DNA of 64,000 nt from Bacteroidales bacterium (GTDB lineage Bacteria; Bacteroidota; Bacteroidia; Bacteroidales; VadinHA17), in the NCBI GenBank assembly GCA_038248855.1, contig JBBRXA010000008.1, positions 2,982 through 66,981 on the forward strand, in the 5' to 3' direction. The notes under the pieces are model-generated. The model ran no database searches. It was not told the origin of the DNA and saw only the letters and a program-made list of their open reading frames with translations. The translations under genes were made by a program, and so were the position numbers. This document shows, piece after piece, positions 10,131 to 19,209 of the stretch (position 1 is the stretch's first letter; the number at the start of each line of letters is the position of its first letter).

Positions 10131-11591
10131 ATGTTCAAAAGAACCTGTTATTGGATGATGCTGCTTCTGGCAGTGATGTTAACTGACGCTGCAGCGCAGT
10201 ACAGTCAGTCTCTTTATTTCATGAACCTGCCTCAGAGAAACTCTCTCAATCCGGCACTGAGACCAACAAACAGACTCTATATCGGACTGCCTGCACTGTC
10301 GGGTGTTACGGTCAATCTCGACAATAATTTCATCAACATGTCAGATCTGTTTATCGGTGGTGTCATTTCAGATTCCACTGTTACATTTCTCGAGCCGGGG
10401 GAGCATCTTGACAGGCTGGTGGCAGGGCTTAAAGACAAAAACTCGGTTGAGATGCAGGCTTCGGTTCAGCTTTTCGGACTTGGATTTTCGGTAGGAAAGG
10501 ATCTCTGGGTCACGCTGGATCTGACTGAGAGGGCTGAAGCAAATTTTGTGCTACCGGGAGAGCTGATAAGGCTTGGGATCAGGGGGAATGATGCATATGC
10601 AGGGCAGAGCATAGACCTGTCTTCACTCAGGGCAGGCGTCAAATACTATCACGAAATAGGGGTGGGCCTGTCAAAAAATCTAACCGAAAGGTTACGGCTT
10701 GGGGTACGCGGGAAGCTTCTCTTCGGTGTGGCTACGGCGACTCTTGACAACAACGACTTCAGGTTAAGGGTAAATGAAGACTACACTCATACCCTGTTCG
10801 CTGACATGTCTTTCAGGATGAGCGGACCGGTCAGAGCGGTCATGAACCCCGACGGAACACTGGACAACGTGAGTATCGATGACTCCAGGTTTGAAACCAC
10901 AAAAGATAAAATATCGCTTTTAACAAACACCGGGAACCCTGGCTTCGGGATTGACCTGGGGATGGAATACAGGATAACAGACAGGCTGTCAGTATCAGGA
11001 GCCGTAACTGACCTTGGATTTATCAGGTGGAGGACTGACAGAACCACTCTTTTTACAAAGACCCAGTTTGAATTCAACGGTCTGACGATGCAGGATGTAT
11101 ATGACGAATCGCTGGATTTCGATGAGCTCATTAACTATACCCTGGATTCACTTCAGAACACATTTTATCAAGAGGCAGGCAGCGATCCCTTTGTTACATA
11201 CCTGACTCCGGGAGTCACAGTTGCAGCAAGCTACAGTCCGGTCAAGGCCTTTACATTCGGTGTCCTTTCGCATACGAGGTTCATCGGCAGGCAGGTGCGG
11301 GAGTCCATGACTCTCTCAGCCAACATGAATATCTGGAATGCCCTGTCGGCAACCTGTTCCTATACTGCGGTGAACCACAGGTATGACAATCTTGGTGCAG
11401 GGATTTCATTAAGGGGGGGGGCGATGCAACTTTACGCCCTTGTTGACAATATTCCGGTTCGCTGGACAAAGGTCAGCAGTGGAAATGACAGTTTTCCGGT
11501 GCCTGATGACTGGAACACCCTGCATGCAAGGGTGGGTATGAATATTATGTTCGGGAACAAGGCTAAAAACAAACCTTCCGACCTGGACTGA
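10131..11591 (+). CDS. Outer-membrane beta-barrel protein (DUF5723-like)
   Basis: Signal peptide, SLYFM..PQ..LNPA start, GFGIDLG and AVTDLGFIRW, and C-terminal strand RVGMNIMF. Confidence 0.75.
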   Translation: MFKRTCYWMMLLLAVMLTDAAAQYSQSLYFMNLPQRNSLNPALRPTNRLYIGLPALSGVTVNLDNNFINMSDLFIGGVISDSTVTFLEPGEHLDRLVAGLKDKNSVEMQASVQLFGLGFSVGKDLWVTLDLTERAEANFVLPGELIRLGIRGNDAYAGQSIDLSSLRAGVKYYHEIGVGLSKNLTERLRLGVRGKLLFGVATATLDNNDFRLRVNEDYTHTLFADMSFRMSGPVRAVMNPDGTLDNVSIDDSRFETTKDKISLLTNTGNPGFGIDLGMEYRITDRLSVSGAVTDLGFIRWRTDRTTLFTKTQFEFNGLTMQDVYDESLDFDELINYTLDSLQNTFYQEAGSDPFVTYLTPGVTVAASYSPVKAFTFGVLSHTRFIGRQVRESMTLSANMNIWNALSATCSYTAVNHRYDNLGAGISLRGGAMQLYALVDNIPVRWTKVSSGNDSFPVPDDWNTLHARVGMNIMFGNKAKNKPSDLD

Positions 11592-12350
11592 TCAGGTTCC
11601 TGCAGACAGTTTAAGTTGCTTTGCCAGGGCATTGGCAAAGACAAAATCATTCAGGATGGTGCAGTCTGATTTCAGGATCTCATTCCTGGTGCCCTCCCAG
11701 CATTTCTCACCCTCTTCGATGAAGATTATCTTCTCCCCGTTTTCCATTACGGAGTTCATGTCATGGGTGTTTACAATTGTAGTCATATTGAGCTCGACAG
11801 TGATCTCCTTTATGAGTTCATCTATAACTATTGAGGTCTTGGGATCAAGGCCCGAGTTGGGCTCGTCACAGAAGAGGTATCGGGGTTTGAGTGCTATAGC
11901 GCGGGCGATAGCCACCCGTTTCTTCATCCCGCCAGAGAGTTCGGCAGGAAAGAGTTTATTCGAATTTACAATATTGACTCTCTCAAGGCAGAAATTCACC
12001 CTTGCGAGTTTCTCTTCGTAAGAAAATGAGGTAAACATGTCAAGAGGGAACCTGACATTCTCCTCGACAGTCATGGAGTCAAAGAGGGCACTTCCCTGGA
12101 ACAGCATACCCATTTCCTTCCGGATCTCTTTTTTAGCTGAAAAGTCCAGCTTAGAAAAAAGAGTGTCACCGTACCAGATTTCTCCTTCATTTATGTCAAG
12201 TAGGCCTACAATGCATTTCAGGAAGACCGTCTTGCCCGATCCGCTTTTACCGATTATGAGGTTTGTTTTTCCGGGTTCAAAAACTGCGGAGATGTTATGC
12301 AGGACCTCACGGTCACCGAATGTTTTTGAGATGTTCTGGGCCCTGATCAT
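11592..12350 (-). CDS. mlaF: MlaF-type ABC transporter ATP-binding protein
   Basis: Walker A GKSGSGKT, FQGSALFDSMTV, signature LSGGMKKRVAIARA and DEPNSGLDP. Confidence 0.9.
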   Translation of the reverse strand: MIRAQNISKTFGDREVLHNISAVFEPGKTNLIIGKSGSGKTVFLKCIVGLLDINEGEIWYGDTLFSKLDFSAKKEIRKEMGMLFQGSALFDSMTVEENVRFPLDMFTSFSYEEKLARVNFCLERVNIVNSNKLFPAELSGGMKKRVAIARAIALKPRYLFCDEPNSGLDPKTSIVIDELIKEITVELNMTTIVNTHDMNSVMENGEKIIFIEEGEKCWEGTRNEILKSDCTILNDFVFANALAKQLKLSAGT

Positions 12351-13090
12351 GACAGCAGAAGTTGAGTAAGAATGACATTGAAGAGGAGAATCATGACGCT
12401 GCTGTAGACAACGGCTTTGGTGCTGGCGCGCCCCACCTCAAGTGAGCCGCCCTCGACATAATAACCCTGGAAGGAAGAAACTGTAGCGATAATAAAAGCG
12501 AAAAATACCGTTTTGATGAGCCCGTACACAATATAATAAGGTATGAAGGCATACTGGATGCCATAAATAAAGTCCTGTGATGAGATCACCCCGGTTGCGG
12601 TGCCTGCCAGCCACCCTCCGCATATCCCTACGATAATGCTGATAAGTGTAAGAAAGGGATTGAAGATCAGGGAAGCGGTGATTTTCGGCAGAATCAGGTA
12701 TGATGCCGAGTTAACCCCCATAAGCTCAAGTGCGTCAATCTGTTCTGTGACTTTCATTGTACCTATCTCGGATGCGATACTGGACCCCACCTTGCCTGCA
12801 AGAATCAGGGCAACGATTGTGGATGAGAACTCGAGCAGGATTGAGTCACGGCAACCAAGACCTATGAGATATGTCGGATAAATGGGGTTCTCAGTGTTAT
12901 AAGCCGTCTGGAGCGTTATTACAGCTCCCATGAAAAACGAAATAATAATTGTAATACCAATTGAGCGGAGTCCCAGGCTGATGAGCTCTTTGGTGGTCTG
13001 TTTATAGTACACCTCTGTCTTCTCAGGTTTTGAAAAGACTTTTCCGAGGAGCAGCCAGTATCTTCCGAAAGAAGAAAGGAATTTTAGCAT
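12347..13090 (-). CDS. mlaE: MlaE-type ABC transporter permease
   Basis: AGKVGSSIASEIGTMKVTEQIDALELMG and GGSLEVGRASTKAVV; overlaps the mlaF start. Confidence 0.92.
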   Translation of the reverse strand: MLKFLSSFGRYWLLLGKVFSKPEKTEVYYKQTTKELISLGLRSIGITIIISFFMGAVITLQTAYNTENPIYPTYLIGLGCRDSILLEFSSTIVALILAGKVGSSIASEIGTMKVTEQIDALELMGVNSASYLILPKITASLIFNPFLTLISIIVGICGGWLAGTATGVISSQDFIYGIQYAFIPYYIVYGLIKTVFFAFIIATVSSFQGYYVEGGSLEVGRASTKAVVYSSVMILLFNVILTQLLLS

Positions 13091-13107
13091 CCGGTAGAAT
13101 ATTTTGT

Positions 13108-13115
13108 CAAATTTA
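13108..13115 (-). promoter_or_regulatory. -7 promoter box for mlaEF
   Basis: TAAATTTG on the minus strand, 17 nt upstream of the start. Confidence 0.55.
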
Positions 13116-13206
13116 GCAATAATTTGCGGGTACGGCTACCTTAATGAAATTGGTCATTCATAATTTATATCTTTACGATAATTACGGGAAAAGAGCTGAA
13201 AAAGAC

Positions 13207-14292
13207 ATGAACAACCGTTACGTATTGATTATGGCAGGCGGCGTGGGAAGCCGTTTCTGGCCGCTAAGCAGACAGGAAAAGCCCAAACAGTTCCTGGATA
13301 TCCTGGGTACGGGGGAGACACTAATTCAGACCACTTTTAAAAGGTTTGAAAAACTCTGTCCGGCAGATCATATTTATGTTGTCACAAGTGAGGACACCAG
13401 TGAGATAGTTGTAAGCCAGCTTGGAATTGACAGTTCCAGGGTACTGGCCGAGCCAATGAGGCGAAATACTGCCCCCTGTATTGCCTACGGAATTTTCAGG
13501 ATCATGGCAGAAAATCCCGATGCAGTCATAGTCGTCGCCCCGTCAGATCATCTTATCAGCAAGCAAAAGGCTTTCGAAGAAGTTATGGAGGAGGCCTTCA
13601 GGTTTGTCTCTGAGAATGATGCGCTGCTGACCCTGGGGATACGCCCCGACAGGCCGGAGACCGGTTACGGATACATTCAGGCAAATGAGGAACAACAGGT
13701 AAACGGTTACCATAATCTGCACAAAGTAAAGGCCTTCACCGAAAAGCCTGAGCTTGAGATGGCCAGGCTTTTTCTGGAGAGCGGTGATTTTTACTGGAAT
13801 AGCGGACTTTTTGCCTGGCGGGCATCATCCATATTAGCGGCATTCGAACGGTACCTCCCTGATGTATTCCATATTTTCAACCAGGGTACCGGACAATTCG
13901 GCCAGCCGGAAGAGGCAGAATTCATCAACCAGGCATACCCCCAGTGCAGCAGCATTTCCGTCGACTACGGGATAATGGAAAAGGCCGATAATGTTTATGT
14001 GATATGCACTGACCTGGGATGGTCTGACCTTGGCACATGGAGTTCGCTTTACCAGCACTCTGGCCACGATAAAAATGACAATGCGATACTGGAATCCACG
14101 GCGTTTACATTTAATTCCGAAGGCAATATAATCAGCCTTCCCGATGGCAAGATAGCCGTTGTGCAGGGGCTGGATGACTACATAATTGTCGATACGGGAG
14201 ACGTGCTGCTCATTGTTGCCAGGGATCAGGAACAGAATATCAAGCTTTACCTGGACCAGGTAAAGAATAAGACAGGGGAGAAATATCTTTAA
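13207..14292 (+). CDS. manC: Mannose-1-phosphate guanylyltransferase
   Basis: IMAGGVGSRFWPLSR..KPKQFL, EP..RNTAPCI, PETGYGYI, FTEKP and WSDLGTW. Start set at ATG 13207. Confidence 0.93.
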   Translation: MNNRYVLIMAGGVGSRFWPLSRQEKPKQFLDILGTGETLIQTTFKRFEKLCPADHIYVVTSEDTSEIVVSQLGIDSSRVLAEPMRRNTAPCIAYGIFRIMAENPDAVIVVAPSDHLISKQKAFEEVMEEAFRFVSENDALLTLGIRPDRPETGYGYIQANEEQQVNGYHNLHKVKAFTEKPELEMARLFLESGDFYWNSGLFAWRASSILAAFERYLPDVFHIFNQGTGQFGQPEEAEFINQAYPQCSSISVDYGIMEKADNVYVICTDLGWSDLGTWSSLYQHSGHDKNDNAILESTAFTFNSEGNIISLPDGKIAVVQGLDDYIIVDTGDVLLIVARDQEQNIKLYLDQVKNKTGEKYL

Positions 14293-14294
14293 TT

Positions 14295-14324
14295 TGCGAT
14301 TTGCGAATTAATTCGCACATCGCA
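14295..14324. repeat. 30-bp near-perfect palindrome built from TGCGA/TCGCA units
   Basis: TGCGATTTGCGAATT|AATTCGCACATCGCA, 14/15 positions complementary; a further ATTCGCACA at 14332-14340. Confidence 0.7.
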
Positions 14325-14341
14325 TATCAACATTCGCACAT

Positions 14342-14371
14342 AAAAAAAGCTGCCACCGGCAGCTTTTTTTT
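14342..14371. terminator. Bidirectional rho-independent terminator between convergent manC and gldN
   Basis: AAAAAAAGCTGCC-ACC-GGCAGCTTTTTTTT: GC stem with A and T tracts on both sides. Confidence 0.88.
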
Positions 14372-14385
14372 ATTATTGTCTGTCT

Positions 14386-15240
14386 TTAGTATTCCCAGAG
14401 GTCCTGTTCGAAATTGAAAATGTCGTTCTTGATCTTTTCGGCCTCAAAAATCTGCGCCGGGCCCATCTTGTATGAGTTGATGAACCTGTCGTCATAGACG
14501 TTTGACTGGGCGACAATGTAGCCGTTGAATTTACGCTGCAGCATCATGTCCTCGAATGAAATTCTCTGTGCATCGTTGAATGAGTTGAAAGCCTCACTTT
14601 TTGCGAGCGCCTGCCTGACTTCTTCATACCTTATCCAGAAAAGGCGTCTTTTGACGAGTCTGGCCGTGACCTGGTCATAACCCATATAGATGGGGCATAT
14701 GCCGATGATGCGGACATCGAGACGTGAATGTTTCTTGTCGAAATACCACTCTTCAAGGAGCATAAGCTGTTTGATGTCAGAGGGGTTTTCCATGTTCATC
14801 ACGGTGGAGTCACGCTCATTGCCCTGTGCATCGATGATGGGAATTCTCAGGGTGTCACGGTTCATTTTCGAAGCGATATCACTGTATGTTGTGGGTACTG
14901 TCATCTCATCACCGTCCATGGCCTCAACCCTGCCGGCGAGTATCTCGTTCAGGAGGATGCCTGAAAAGTTCATTCTGCCGTCTGACATTTCAGAGACAAA
15001 TTTGTTTTCGGCCTTATTGAATTTCAGGGAAGGATAGTAAAGATTAAGGTTCATCTTTTCCCTGAGGTCTATAATCCTGTACAGTCTCTGTGACCAGACT
15101 ACATCCGATTCACCCAGGAAGGGATAATTTATCTTCTGGTTGTTCGGCATCGACTTTTCGTAGATGTCGCCGAAAGACTGGGCCATTGAGGCGGTAAAGA
15201 TCAGCAAGCCTGCAAAGCCGGCTATTATTCTCCTCTTCAT
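14386..15240 (-). CDS. gldN: T9SS/gliding protein GldN (PorN)
   Basis: DVVWSQRLYRIIDLREKMN, EEWYFDKKHSRLDVRIIGICP and C-terminal FEQDLWEY; last gene of gldKLMN. Confidence 0.92.
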   Translation of the reverse strand: MKRRIIAGFAGLLIFTASMAQSFGDIYEKSMPNNQKINYPFLGESDVVWSQRLYRIIDLREKMNLNLYYPSLKFNKAENKFVSEMSDGRMNFSGILLNEILAGRVEAMDGDEMTVPTTYSDIASKMNRDTLRIPIIDAQGNERDSTVMNMENPSDIKQLMLLEEWYFDKKHSRLDVRIIGICPIYMGYDQVTARLVKRRLFWIRYEEVRQALAKSEAFNSFNDAQRISFEDMMLQRKFNGYIVAQSNVYDDRFINSYKMGPAQIFEAEKIKNDIFNFEQDLWEY

Positions 15241-15258
15241 ATTGTCTTCTTTCTAAGA

Positions 15259-16899
15259 TTAAACTATTTTCAGAATAATTGGCGGGAGGACCCTGGTTCT
15301 TCCGTCAGGTCCTATAGCCGAGATTTTTTCAATTATCAGTCTCTGGCCGGCACGCAGGTTTCCTATCAGGCTTTTCTGCTTATCGGTGATTCTGTTATTG
15401 TTTGATTCAGCCGCGATCTCAAAGCCCTTGTCATTGACAGAGACAGTGAAACCGGTTATGGTATACGTGAGGTCAAATTCAAAGTTCTCGAGAACTGCGG
15501 ATACAACCTGCTGGGCGGCGGCGACGCTTCTCTGTACGCTTCCTTCGGTCATGCCTGCAAATTTTGCAACGGGGTCAGGAATTCTTCTCACCCTGAATTC
15601 AACAGGAGGGAAGTTCTGCACCTTGCCGTTGATGTTGGCGGAAACGATTATCTGTGCCGGTTCTCCGATGTTGCGCGGCTGAGCTACCCAGTCGCCGCGG
15701 TAATTCTTGTACTTGCCTTTCTTCAATTCGCCGTTTGTCATCTTTACGGAGAGCTTGTCAGAACCGACTCCCGGCACCGAGATGTCAATGGGGTTCTGGA
15801 TACCCTGGTAAAGGACGTTCATGGCTGTAGGTGATACTACTACGTTGGGAAGGCCTACGGAGTATTTTGAATTGAACGGATAATTAATGACGGATCCGTC
15901 GGGAGATTTCAGCCTGATGACTCCGCCGAAAGATTTTTCACCGGTTGAGCCCGGCCTTATCCTGTAGACTCCGATGCCTGCATCGTTAACCGGAAGTTTT
16001 GTATAATCGCCGATCATTTCGACGGCGCTGGTACCGTCAGCATTCTGCCTTGTAGTGTAGTTACCGATGAGAATTTCCGGATCCTGTGTCGTATCAGTGG
16101 CTGCAACGAATACCTGTGCTTCGTATTCATTTCCCTGCATGATATAGGTTGAATTCGGAATTACAGTAGGTATGATCTTGTTGAATTTGAATGAAGCGGC
16201 GTCGATCTGGGTATACAGGAAATTAAGTACGTCTGCTTCCGAGTTTCTCACGTCAACCTGCATCTTCGAGAGAATCGTAATGACTGCTACGAGCGGTAAA
16301 GTCTGGAAATTGGAATTTGCCCATTTTTCCGTCGCGCCTTCCAGGTTCTTGGGATCGTCGGTATTGAGTGCCGAAAGAATTGATGCTTCGGCGTTCAGGT
16401 CCTTGCCGTCAAGAGTTTCAACGAGAAATGAACGGTAGTCTTCAACCAGGGCTTTAAGGTCATAAGCCTTTCCCTTTTCATCTGCACCTATAAGAATTTC
16501 TGACGGGATGTTCGGCTCATCGATCTTCTTTACCTGAAAAATGTCAATCTGGTTGTCAGGAAGAAGGGCCGGAGAGTCTGCACCTTCAGCTTTACGGACT
16601 ATTTCTACTTTAAGATCCTGCAAATAATTGAAAGCCTCATCAGCGCGCTGTTTTACGTCATAAGCCTTTGTCCTCCACTGTCCCGCTTTTGCCTTGTTTT
16701 CGGCAGCAGCAGCGTCAAATGCTGCATAAGTAATGTCGTTTTTCCTGGTATAGTTAGCAGTAGTTTTGTTCAGACTCTGGTCCACTTTTTTAAAAGCTTC
16801 AACGGCTTCCTTTGATACGTTAAGAGCAAGCATTGCGGTCAGTATGAGGTACATCATACCGATCATCTTTTGCCGCGGGGTTTCTTTTCCGTGAGCCAT
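15259..16899 (-). CDS. gldM: T9SS/gliding motor protein GldM (PorM)
   Basis: ETPRQKMIGMMYLILTAMLALNVSKE and MNVLYQGIQNPIDISVPGV. Confidence 0.96.
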   Translation of the reverse strand: MAHGKETPRQKMIGMMYLILTAMLALNVSKEAVEAFKKVDQSLNKTTANYTRKNDITYAAFDAAAAENKAKAGQWRTKAYDVKQRADEAFNYLQDLKVEIVRKAEGADSPALLPDNQIDIFQVKKIDEPNIPSEILIGADEKGKAYDLKALVEDYRSFLVETLDGKDLNAEASILSALNTDDPKNLEGATEKWANSNFQTLPLVAVITILSKMQVDVRNSEADVLNFLYTQIDAASFKFNKIIPTVIPNSTYIMQGNEYEAQVFVAATDTTQDPEILIGNYTTRQNADGTSAVEMIGDYTKLPVNDAGIGVYRIRPGSTGEKSFGGVIRLKSPDGSVINYPFNSKYSVGLPNVVVSPTAMNVLYQGIQNPIDISVPGVGSDKLSVKMTNGELKKGKYKNYRGDWVAQPRNIGEPAQIIVSANINGKVQNFPPVEFRVRRIPDPVAKFAGMTEGSVQRSVAAAQQVVSAVLENFEFDLTYTITGFTVSVNDKGFEIAAESNNNRITDKQKSLIGNLRAGQRLIIEKISAIGPDGRTRVLPPIILKIV

Positions 16900-16945
16900 C
16901 TGTGGATAGTTTAGATGTTATAGATTAATTTAAATGGCCTTAACA

Positions 16946-17800
16946 TTATTTCACGTTCATGGCAGAGAGCATGTTGCCGTATACGTTGTTGAGCGAAGAA
17001 AGATTATCATTCAGTTTTGATACCTGCTCACGGTACTTCTTGGTATCATCTGCTGATCCTGACAGGTCTTTCATAAGGCCTTCGATGCCTTTGTAAAGTA
17101 CCTCTGAACTCTTGACGTGATCACTTGCTCCGCGAAGCTGCAGTTCATAGGCTGCATTGAGTGCGGAGAGGTTTTTATTGAGAGACTCAAGTCTTTCCTG
17201 ATACGATTTTCCGCCAGTCTCGATATTCTTTGACGACTCGCCGATAGCCTGATAAACAGTGCTTGTTTCGTTCATTGACCTTGCGGTCTGTCTTACCGAG
17301 TCTGCCAGGTTCGTCAGTGATTCATTGGCTTTTCTGATAGTTCCCTGATATTCATTTGTGGTGGCTGCAAGGTCGCCCATTGCATTGAAATTATTTGTTG
17401 TCTCAGTCAGTTTTTTCAGTCCCTGGCTCAGCCTGTCGAATACATCCGGGGTAATACCGGCATTGGCGAGCATCTTGTCAAACTGTGACAGGCCTACGCC
17501 GCCGCCGCCGCCGCCACCGCCGCCGAAATTGCCGGCAAAGCCGACTTCCTCGCCTGAATATTTCGGGTCAAGCTGCGGATAGACAAGTTTCCAGTCCGGT
17601 TCTTCTTTCAATGGCTCAAATGCAGAGAAAAAGAAAATTACGGCCTCAGTGCAGAGGCCAATGGCCAGAAGAAGGCCGGCGAACTGATAGTGCTGAATTT
17701 TGAACAGAGCACCGATGATCACGACTGAAGCACCCCAGCCGTAAAGTTTAGCCATGAAAGCTTTCCACCTACTTGTGTGAACTAATTCCGAAAGGCCCAT
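16946..17800 (-). CDS. gldL: T9SS/gliding motor protein GldL (PorL)
   Basis: YGWGASVVIIGALFKIQH, TEAVIFFFSAFEP and C-terminal LNNVYGNMLSAM. Confidence 0.96.
   Translation of the reverse strand: MGLSELVHTSRWKAFMAKLYGWGASVVIIGALFKIQHYQFAGLLLAIGLCTEAVIFFFSAFEPLKEEPDWKLVYPQLDPKYSGEEVGFAGNFGGGGGGGGGVGLSQFDKMLANAGITPDVFDRLSQGLKKLTETTNNFNAMGDLAATTNEYQGTIRKANESLTNLADSVRQTARSMNETSTVYQAIGESSKNIETGGKSYQERLESLNKNLSALNAAYELQLRGASDHVKSSEVLYKGIEGLMKDLSGSADDTKKYREQVSKLNDNLSSLNNVYGNMLSAMNVK
17498..17524. repeat. (GCC)n trinucleotide tract encoding 9 Gly in the GldL linker
   Basis: gcc x6, acc, gcc x2 on the + strand. Confidence 0.8.
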
Positions 17801-17825
17801 ATGTTTGCAGTTTAAGGTTAATTCT

Positions 17826-19163
17826 TTAGTTATTTACTCCGATATAAGTTCTGACGTTACGGAAACCCACGAATGACTTTGTTGAGTCCTGGTATTCGTA
17901 ATCACGAGATGATGTCTGCATGTAGTATGCAATATCCTTCCATGAACCGCCTCTGATAACTTTTCTTTTCAGTACCGGAGGATCTTCCGGACGTGCGTTG
18001 TATTCATAGTTGGGGTTAAGGTCATGTGTGAAAACGTATGCTGACGGGTGGTAGGCGTTGGAAGTCCATTCTGAAACGTTGCCCGCCATATCGAACAGCC
18101 CGTATTCATTCGGTTCGAAGGAGGCGACCTTTATTGTGTAAACGGCACCGTCATCTATATAGTTACCGCGGAGTGGCTTGAAGTTAGCAAGGAAGCATCC
18201 TTTATAGTTGCGTGTATAGGGTCCTCCCCAGGGATACATCGAGAGGTCGAGGCCGCCGCGTGCAGCATATTCCCATTCAGTCTCCAGTGGCAGACGGTAG
18301 CTGTGAACATCCGGAACGCCCTGTGCACGAAGGTTTTCATTCATGTAATTTGTGCGCCAGACGCTGAATGCGCCTGCCTGTACCCATGAAACACCAACCA
18401 CGGGATAATCGTCATAACCGGGGTGCCAGAAATAGAGTGTTGCCCACGGGTCATTGAACGAATAGGTAAAGTCTCTGATCCACGCCAGGGTGTCAGGGAA
18501 AATATTGACCACATGATGCATGATGAATGAAGACCTGTCTGTGACTGCGGTAGTGACCCCGTCAAGATTGGTTACATTTCCCTCGTACTTAAGGTCTTTG
18601 TAGTTATATTTAGCTTTAGCTGCCTGTTTGTAGTCAACCCAGAAATATGAGTAGTTCAGGAGCCGTGTGTCCCACTGCTTGTTGCCGTTGAATCTCTCTT
18701 CAGGCGGATAGTACATGGTTTCAAGAACAGGAAGAACGTTTTCATCCTCATAGTCTATCTCCTCTGCCCAGTTCAGGACGTGGGGCTCAAGCACATTTCC
18801 CTCCTCGTCGGTTCTGAAAAATTCGTAGCCTTCGATACCCTCGTCACCAAGTCTGGTTCTGAGGATGGAATCGCGTACCCAGTAGGTAAACTGACGGTAT
18901 TTATTATTTGTAATTTCAGTCTGATCCATCCAGAATGCTTCCACTGTAACTGTTTTCGAAATGCTGTTCATTGCGCGGAGCGGATCCTGATCGCTGGGGC
19001 CCATTGTATAAGAGCCTGCCGGGATGAATGCCATCTCAAAGGGTTCGGGCTCGTAGAATTTCTTTCTGCCCTGAACGCCTGTCAACTCCCCACTGTCGGT
19101 AGAGGAGGAACAGCCGCCTAAAACAAAGGCTATAATCAGAGCAAATAGGATTACCTTTTTCAT
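17826..19163 (-). CDS. gldK: T9SS/gliding lipoprotein GldK (PorK), FGE-sulfatase fold
   Basis: Lipoprotein signal MKKVILF...LGGC, GELTGV, YPVVGVSW, RLPLETEWEYAARGG and FDMAGNVSEW. Confidence 0.95.
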   Translation of the reverse strand: MKKVILFALIIAFVLGGCSSSTDSGELTGVQGRKKFYEPEPFEMAFIPAGSYTMGPSDQDPLRAMNSISKTVTVEAFWMDQTEITNNKYRQFTYWVRDSILRTRLGDEGIEGYEFFRTDEEGNVLEPHVLNWAEEIDYEDENVLPVLETMYYPPEERFNGNKQWDTRLLNYSYFWVDYKQAAKAKYNYKDLKYEGNVTNLDGVTTAVTDRSSFIMHHVVNIFPDTLAWIRDFTYSFNDPWATLYFWHPGYDDYPVVGVSWVQAGAFSVWRTNYMNENLRAQGVPDVHSYRLPLETEWEYAARGGLDLSMYPWGGPYTRNYKGCFLANFKPLRGNYIDDGAVYTIKVASFEPNEYGLFDMAGNVSEWTSNAYHPSAYVFTHDLNPNYEYNARPEDPPVLKRKVIRGGSWKDIAYYMQTSSRDYEYQDSTKSFVGFRNVRTYIGVNN

Positions 19164-19209
19164 ATACGGGTCAATTTTATCTTGCAAGTAAGTTATTTTT
19201 TTATTACAA

